From positions 9,052,940 through 9,116,939 of the forward strand of contig CAVNZM010000013.1 of the NCBI GenBank assembly GCA_963693365.1: a DNA stretch of 64,000 bases, written 5' to 3'. This stretch comes from Amoebidium appalachense (Eukaryota; Protista; Ichthyosporea). The notes beneath the pieces are model-generated. The model saw only the letters and a program-made list of their open reading frames with translations. It was not told where the DNA came from and ran no database searches. Positions 56,468-64,000 of the stretch are shown here, piece by piece; the stretch's first letter is position 1; every line of letters begins with the position of its first letter. Both the position numbers and the translations under genes were made by a program.

Positions 56468-58150
56468 CTGCCGGGATCTCCCCGAGGGTGCCCCACCCTT
56501 GCTAACCACCCCTTCCCCCGAGGCTCAGACCCGGAGGCCCGCCCGCTGCCCCAGCACCACATTGACACCTCCCGCCTCCGGGAACTGCTGGCCTCCTACC
56601 CAGACCAATCATTCGCCGCACAACTCCTCCACGATGTCGAATTCGGTGTCGACATCGGCTATCGCGGCCCCTCCACCTCTCGGGTGGGCCCCAACCTACC
56701 CACCACCCCGGAGGCAGCTGCCGCTATCACGGCGGACATTGCCAAAGAAGTCGCCCTCGGCCACCTGCGCGGCCCCCTCTCCCCGACCCAATTCTTTGAC
56801 GACTTTCCGATCCACCGTTCCTCCCCCATCGGCGCCGTTACCAAGAAAGGGAACCCCCCCAAGTACCGTCGAATCCACCACCTCTCCTGGCCCCGGAGTA
56901 GCAGTGTCAATGACAGCATCACCTACCCCGACGAACTTCAGTACATTCGCGCCCGGGATGTCACCCAGCTCATTCTCGACGCAGGCCCCGGCTGCTACAT
57001 GGCCGTGGCAGATGTGCAGGCTGCCTTCCGGCACATGCCCATCCGACCAGAAGACCATCACTTAATGGCATTCAAATGGCAGGGGCATTTTTACGTTGAA
57101 ACCAGACTGCCCTTCGGCCTGAAATCTAGCCCAGCCATCTGGGAACGGATCGCGGCCACCCTACAGTGGCTGGCACACCAGCACGGTATTACCCTCATCC
57201 GCCACTACGTAGACGACTGGATTATAGTCGCCCCCACACAAGAGCAGTGCCAACGTCACCTATCCACCTTCCTGCAACTCTGCCGAGAGCTGCACATTGC
57301 CATCTCCGAAGACAAGATGCAGGGCCCGGCTACCCGTGTCGTCTTCATCGGTATCGAATTCGACTCCATCGCCATGGAGGCACGAATCCCGGCTTCCAAG
57401 CTCTCGGACCTACTCGACCTCACTTCCCACCCAAAGCCCACCATCACCATTCGGGACCTCCAGTCCCTCCTCGGCAAACTCACCTGGTGTGCCCAGCTGG
57501 TTCCCCCCGGGAGGGCCTTCTCCCAGCGCCTATGGGCCCTTCTCCGGACCCACCCACACCTTGCCGGCCACCACCACATACGACTGACTGCTGCCGCCCG
57601 GGCCGACATAGCCGAATGGCACCAGTTCCTCACATCATGGAATGGGGTGCACCTCATCACACCCCCCACATACACCACCCTGGCCACCGATGCTGCCGGA
57701 TCGGTGGGTCTAGGAGGTCACTGGCTCGACCAATGGTTCTTCATGCCCTGGTCCCCCTCCACCCAAGCCCTCTATGCTCATGAGGGTAAACTCGGTTCTT
57801 CCGTCATCGAACTCCTGGCCATCGCAGCCGCCGTGGCCCTCTGGGCCCCCTCCTGGTCCACCCACCATGTCCGTATTTTATGCGACAACACGGGTGCTGT
57901 GTCTGACCTGCACTCCCGGTCTTCCCCCCACCCCGTGATGGCCAAACTTATTCGGTTCATCACCCGCATGGAAATGCAATACCAATTTACGTTACAGGCA
58001 TCCTACCTACCAGGACCCCTCAACCATCTGGCCGATGCCATTTCTCGTAACCAACTTCCCCGGGCCCGACGACTCCGACCTTCCCTGCAACCGGAGCCCT
58101 GCCCCTTCCCCTCCTGGGTCCACGAGTTCCTATCCCTTCCCTTGGGCTAA
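56309..58150 (+). CDS. Ngaro reverse transcriptase-RNase H
   Basis: SPIGAVTKK..KYRRIHHLS, ADVQAAFRHMP, LPFGLKSSP, YVDD; RNase H TDAAGSVG...LELLA-like (IELLA)...CDN...NHLADAISR. True start unclear. Confidence 0.95.
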
Positions 58151-59237
58151 CCCCCCCCCCCCCCCCCCCCCCCCAGATCTCCCGTTCCGGAGCAACGCTG
58201 GCAGATTGGCCCCCCACTTTGCTCCGGCCGAGCTGCTTCGAGCCACCACTACCCTGCAGGAATGCCAGGCCCTGAGTCTCAACCTCGACTCTCGGGCCTT
58301 TTACTCCCGGGTGCAAAACGTGTTCATCGATTTCTGTGTGGCATCTCGGCTGCAATCCTCCTCCGGGTCCTCCCTCCCGGCCTCCCCACACACCGTGCAA
58401 CTTTTTCTCGCCTGGTGTGCCCAACGAGGGGTACAGGCCTCTTCCTTAACCGGCTACAATTCGGCCATCACCAGGCTCCACCTCGACATGGGCCTCCCTG
58501 CTCCCTACCCCCACGACAAGTCTCTGGCCCGGTTCCTACGGGGGGTGGGCAGATGGCAGCTCTCTCACAACATCCGACCCCGCTCATCCACCAGGGAACC
58601 CCTCCTGCCCTCCCACCTCAGCCTACTCCATGGCCAGTGCCCCACCAAGGCCTCCTCGGCCAATCTCCGGCTATGGACGGCCCTCATCGTCGGCTTCTGT
58701 GGTCTCCTCCGTTCAGGGGAATTTACCTCCAAGACCCTGACTTCTTTCGACCCGTCCCGTCACGTTAAACGGAAGGACGTGACCTTCAGCTACACCCCCA
58801 CCGGTACTTTGTCCCATGCCACCCTCCACCTGCCAACCTCTAAGACGGATGTACAGGCCCGAGGTGTCAACGTGACTCTAGCTGCCCTGCCCCTCACCCA
58901 CTTCTCCCCAGCCCATCTCCTCCGGCAGTTCCTGGAGACAACGTCCGGTCAACCCGACGACCCCCTCTTCAGTCTCGGTGGCATCCCCTACACCAAGAGT
59001 GCTTTCTCTGCCGATTTCCGTGCCCTCCTCTCCCGGGCAGGCCTCTCACCCTCCCGGTTCGCCGGACACAGCCTCCGCATCGGGGGGGCCACAGCACTGG
59101 CTGAGGCCGGGGTCGACGACTCCCGGATCAAACAACTCGGCAGGTGGTCCTCCGACTGTTTCCTGATCTATACCCGACTTCGTCCGGCCTCCATTGCTGC
59201 CACCACCACACGTGTATTCGCCTCTATTCTTAAGTGA
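58035..59237 (+). CDS. Ngaro tyrosine recombinase (overlaps the end of RT-RNase H)
   Basis: Catalytic set GLLRSGEF (R), SKTD (K), HSLRIGGAT (HxxR), LGRW (W), FLIY (Y). Confidence 0.95.
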   Translation: MPFLVTNFPGPDDSDLPCNRSPAPSPPGSTSSYPFPWANPPPPPPPPDLPFRSNAGRLAPHFAPAELLRATTTLQECQALSLNLDSRAFYSRVQNVFIDFCVASRLQSSSGSSLPASPHTVQLFLAWCAQRGVQASSLTGYNSAITRLHLDMGLPAPYPHDKSLARFLRGVGRWQLSHNIRPRSSTREPLLPSHLSLLHGQCPTKASSANLRLWTALIVGFCGLLRSGEFTSKTLTSFDPSRHVKRKDVTFSYTPTGTLSHATLHLPTSKTDVQARGVNVTLAALPLTHFSPAHLLRQFLETTSGQPDDPLFSLGGIPYTKSAFSADFRALLSRAGLSPSRFAGHSLRIGGATALAEAGVDDSRIKQLGRWSSDCFLIYTRLRPASIAATTTRVFASILK

Positions 59238-59921
59238 AACCTTTGGAGCAAGCATACTGCTCTCGTGCCGTGGTTTACAACCATTGCAGGTTCACTTTCG
59301 TCCAAGGGGATGTCCCCCTAGAGGCAACACACGTCTCGGAGTAGTTTTCATAGAGGTTTTATTTGTGGAAATTATTGACATCAATATTTTTCTGGGTAAA
59401 CACGTAGGACGGGTGTTCGATACCAACATAACCATGTAGGCTTCATTTCGTGTTTTAGCAGTTCGCGGTTGGCTGCCCGCACACGGGCACCTATTAGCCA
59501 ATCAAAACATCAGATACCACAGATCACTAGAGCGAGTTATGATTGGCTCGGATCAGATTTCACATATCACTAGATCGATTTTGATTGGCTCAGATCGGTA
59601 GGCTTAGGTATATAAGCACGACAGTTTTTAGCAGATCAGCAAGCTACAAACACATCTTCTGTGTTTAGCATCCACAGCCTTACAGCTATATATTCCTTTT
59701 CACCCACCCACCTACACCCACACTCAACCCCCATTGATCCACACATACGTGCTGTTTTTTCACGGGGCGAAGACTTCCCCCGTTTTTTGGGCACATGGAC
59801 CTCACGGATCAATAAATTGATGACTGGGGGCTTGCCGTGGTTTACAACCATTGCAGGTTCACTTTCGTCCAAGGGGATGTCCCCCTAGAGGCAACACACG
59901 TCTCGGAGTAGTTTTCATAGA

Positions 59922-62506
59922 AACCAATAACGTGTAAGTAACACATGTACATATAATATTGGCAAGGGGGGTTCTATTCGAGCTACAACGTTGTGTTTTT
60001 TTCGTGTGACCCTCGTACTCCAGGGGCACATTCACCATCCCCCCAATAAACGTTTTGGTATATTTCTCGTGCTAGAGGCTGTTCTGTGGGTAGTTATTGA
60101 AAAACCCAAAAATGTCTAGGTAACACATGGACATATACTATGCTACAAGGGGGGTTCTATACGAGCACAACGTTGTGTTTTTTCCGTGTGACCCTCGTAC
60201 TCCAAGGGCACATTCACCATCCCCCCCATAAACGTTGTGGTAAATGTCTCGTGCTAGAAGCTGTTCTGTTGGTAGTTATTGAAAAAAACCCAATAATGTG
60301 TAAGTAACACATGTGATATATTATGCTACAAGGGGGGTTCTATTTGAGCTACAACGTGGTGTTTTTTTCGTGTGACCCTCGTACTCCAGGGGCACATTCA
60401 CCAACCCCCCCATAAACTTTGTGGTAAATGTCTCGTGCGAGAGGCTGTTCTGTGGGTAGTTATTGAAAAAACCAATAATGTCTAGGTAACACATGTACAT
60501 ATACTATGCTACAAGGGGGGTTCTAAACGAGCTACAACGTTGTGTTTTTTCGTGTGACCCTCGTACTCCAGGGGCACATTCACCATCCCCCCCATAAACT
60601 TTGTGGTAAATGTCTCGTGCTAGAAGCTGTTCTGTTGGTAGTTATTGAAAAAACCAATAATGTGTAAGTAACACATGTACATATATTATGCTACAAGGGG
60701 GGTTCTATTCGAGCTACAACGTTGTGTTTTTTTCGAGTGACCCTCGTACTCCAGGGGCACAGTCACCATCCCCCCCATAAACTGTGTGGTAAATGTCTCG
60801 TGCTAGAAGCTGTTCTGTGGGTAGTTATTGAAAAAACCAATAATGTCTAGGTAACACATGTACATATACTATGCTACAAGGGGGGTTCTAAACGAGCTAC
60901 AACGTTGTGTTTTTTCGTGTGACCCTCGTACTCCAGAGGCACATTCACCATCCCCCCCATAAACTTTGTGGTAAATTTCTCGTGCTAGAAGCTGTTCTGT
61001 GGGTAGTTAATGAAAAAACCAATAATGTCTAGGTAACACATGTACATATACTATGCTACAAGGGGGGTTCTATTCGAGCTACAACGTTGTGTTTTTTTCG
61101 AGTGCCCCTCGTACTCCAGGGGCACATTCACCATCCCCACCATAAACGTTGTGGTAAATGTCTCGTGCTAGAAGCTGTTCTGTGGGTAGTTATTGAAAAA
61201 ACCAATAGCTTAGTAGGTAACACATGTACATATACTATGCTACAAGGGGGGTTCTATACGAGCTACAACGTTGTGGTTTTTTCGTGTGCCCCTCGTACTC
61301 CAGGGGCACATTCACCATCCCCACCATAAACTCTGTGGTACATTTCTCGTGCTAGAAGCTGTTCTGTGGGTAGTTATTGAAAAAACCAATAATGTGTAAG
61401 TAACACATGTACATATATTATTGGCAAAGGGGGTTCTATTCGAACTACAACGTTGTGTTTTTTTCGTGTGACCCTCGTACTCCAGGGGCACATTCACCAT
61501 CCCCCCAATAAACGTTTTGGTATATTTCTCGTGCTAGAGGCTGTTCTGTGGGTGGTTATTGAAAAACCCAAAAATGTCTAGGTAACACATGGTCATATAC
61601 TATGCTACAAGGGGGGTTCTATACGAGCTACAACGTTGTGTTTTTTCCGTGTGACCCTCGTACTCCAAGGGCACATTCACCATCCCCCCCATAAACGTTG
61701 TGGTAAATGTCTCGTGCTAGAAGCTGTTCTGTTGGTAGTTATTGAAAAAACCAATAATGTGTAAGTAACACATGTGATTTATTATGCTACAAGGGGGGTT
61801 CTATTCGAGCTACAACGTTGTGTTTTTTTCGAGTGACCCTCGTACTCCAGGGGCACATTCACCATCCCTCCCATAAACTGTGTGGTAAATGTCTCGTGCT
61901 AGAAGCTGTTCTGTGGGTAGGTATTGAAAAAACCAATAACTTAGTAGGTAACACATGTACATATACTATGCTACAAGGGGGGTTCTATACGAGCTACAAC
62001 GTTGTGTTTTTTCCGTGTGACCCTCGTACTCCAAGGGCACATTCACCATCCCCCCCATAAACGTTGTGGTAAATGTCTCGTCCTAGAAGCTGTTCTGTTG
62101 GTAGTTATTGAAAAAACCAATAATGTGTAAGTAACACATGTGATTTATTATGCTACAAGGGGGGTTCTATTCGAGCTACAACGTTGTGTTTTTTTCGAGT
62201 GACCCTCGTACTCCAGGGGCACATTCACCATCCCTCCCATAAACTGTGTGGTAAATGTCTCGTGCTAGAAGCTGTTCTGTGGGTAGTTATTGAAAAAACC
62301 AATAACTTAGTAGGTAACACATGTACATATACTATGCTACAAGGGGGGTTCTATACGAGCTACAACGTTGTGGTTTTTTCGTGTGCCCCTCGTGCTCCAG
62401 GGGCACATTCACCAACCCCCCCATAAACTTTGTGGTAAGTGTCTCGTGCTAGAAGCTGTTCTGTTGGTAGTTATTGAAAAAACAAATAATGTGTAAGTAA
62501 CACATG
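59922..62506. repeat. ~183-bp satellite, ~14 monomers, with higher-order repeats
   Basis: The ccctcgtactcca anchor recurs every 182-184 bp from ~60004 to ~62381. Confidence 0.95.
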
Positions 62507-63719
62507 GGTTTTATTTGTGGAATTTATTGACATAAATATTTTTTCTGGGTAAACACGTAGGATGGGTGTTCGGTATCAACATAACCATGTAGGCTTCATT
62601 TCGTGTTTTAGCAGTTCGCGGTTGGCTGCCCGCACACGGGCACCTATTAGCCAATCAAAACATCAGATTCCACATATCACTAGACCGAGTTTCGATTGGC
62701 TCGGATCAGATTTCACATATCACTAGATCGATTTTTGATTGGCTCAAATCGGTAGGCTTAGGTATATAAGCACGACAGTTTTTAGCAGATCAGCAAGCTA
62801 CAAACACATCTTCTGTGTTTAGCACTCACAGCCTTACAGCTATATATTCCTTTTTCATTTCTCCCTATCTTTCTCTCCGCCGGTCAGCATGCCGCCGAAA
62901 AAACGCCAGGCCTCAGCCACCGCCCCTGCCGCGGCACCTAAGCGCCTGACCCGCAGCGACCTCCGCCACAGGCTGACCAACGCTCCCGCGGGCCCTGACG
63001 CGCCTCCGGAGGCCCATACCACCACGGACCCTCCGGCTACTCTCCCCTCTACTCCTGAAGTCCCTCCTCAGGCCCCGCCGTCCCCGCCGATGACTTCTCA
63101 AGACGCCGTCCTTGCCGCCCTCACCGCCATCAGCACCCAGATGGCTGGCGTCCTGGCCGCTCTCACCAACCGCGACCCTCCCGCGCCCCCTGCCGCACCC
63201 CCTGCACCCGGGGAGGTTTCCCCGGGACTGCATCTCGGCCCTGACCTGGACCTACCTGCCCTGCCCGCGCCCCCCATTACAGGTGAGAACACTGGCGACA
63301 TTCAGCCGGGCACACTGCCGCTTCCCCCCGCGGATGTGCTGGCAGATTTGCGCGCCAATCGTTTCGTCGACCTGTATAAGTTCACCCCCGCAGCCCTCCT
63401 GGCCCCATCCAAGAAAGGTCAGCAGCTGCGCATGGCCGACGACGGCAGCATCGAGGCTTTTCGCAATGACAAACCCGTTTCCCTGCGTTCACTCGTCATT
63501 TGGATCCAAGCTTGGGCCCATTACATGGCCGCCAAGCACCACCTCGATCTCCCCACGGACAAGGACGTACTTTGGACTCAGCACATCACTCGCCTCAGCA
63601 CCCGATACCCGTGGGCCCAGATCCACAACTATGACGTGTACGCCCGTACCGTTGCCCACCAGCAGGGTCGGGCTCCGATCGAGTGTCCCAACCTGCTCGC
63701 CCAACTCCACCAGGATCTC
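62507..63719 (+). mobile_element. Second Ngaro copy (repeat A plus 5' part of gag), interrupted at 63719
   Basis: Starts ggttttatttgtgg like A1. Its gag (62889-63719) is highly similar to copy 1; homology stops at caggatctc. Confidence 0.92.
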
Positions 63720-64000
63720 TGTAAAATTATATAAGTATTTGGGATGAAAGCAGAGACACAGTGGTGCAGTGTGAAAACACCACAGACACACACAACAACA
63801 AAACACGGAACGATCGGAGCAGTGTACACAACAGACATCAATGTTTAGACACGACTAAACTCAATTTATTCTGATCTTCGAATAAATACCTGAAATTCCT
63901 CTAAGTCTAATCCATACATGATTTCCGACCAGTCGGAAATCAGATCTATCTCTAATAGAAACCAATCACTAAGAACCAATTGCTTTCAGAGAGATCTGGT
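63720..64000. mobile_element. Unrelated insertion starting with TGT, possibly an LTR end; runs out of the window
   Basis: Abrupt switch to AT-rich sequence beginning TGTAAAA inside the Ngaro gag. Confidence 0.5.

Larger units (their letters stand above)
54461..59921 (+). mobile_element. Full-length Ngaro (DIRS-order, tyrosine-recombinase) retrotransposon with split direct repeats A1-ORFs-B1-A2-B2
   Basis: A1 54461-54809 matches A2 59355-59703 (349 bp). B1 59266-59354 matches B2 59833-59921 (89 bp). Carries gag, RT-RNase H and YR ORFs; no target-site duplication. Confidence 0.95.

Overview
Eukaryotic nuclear DNA, intron-rich and full of (CA)n, poly(C)/poly(G) and minisatellites. It is probably from an opisthokont protist or fungus, but the organism cannot be identified from the sequence alone. 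Most ORFs in the supplied track are repeat artefacts. Manual splicing gives five genes in 1-44 kb: the 3' end of a C2-like domain gene (+), a 17-18-exon bacterial-type TM-Cache-TM-HAMP class III adenylate cyclase (+), an Eis-like GNAT acetyltransferase (-), THOC5 (+, 18 exons) and an N-formylglutamate amidohydrolase-like gene (-). From ~44.4 kb the window is repeat-dominated: a frameshifted, truncated Ty1/Copia element, an AT-rich ATTGCCAA-motif block, a ~420-bp triplication and a ~183-bp satellite with higher-order structure. The satellite hosts two Ngaro (tyrosine-recombinase) retrotransposons. The most unusual signal is a family of short (~360 and 452 nt) non-coding elements, at least 7 copies in divergent subfamilies. 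All sit in C-runs, share a fixed 3' end, vary at the 5' end and keep a covarying multi-helix fold; one copy is a head-to-tail 1.5-mer. This is a candidate poly(C)-targeting, possibly circular-RNA (retrozyme-like) retroposon, with no canonical ribozyme core that I can recognise.
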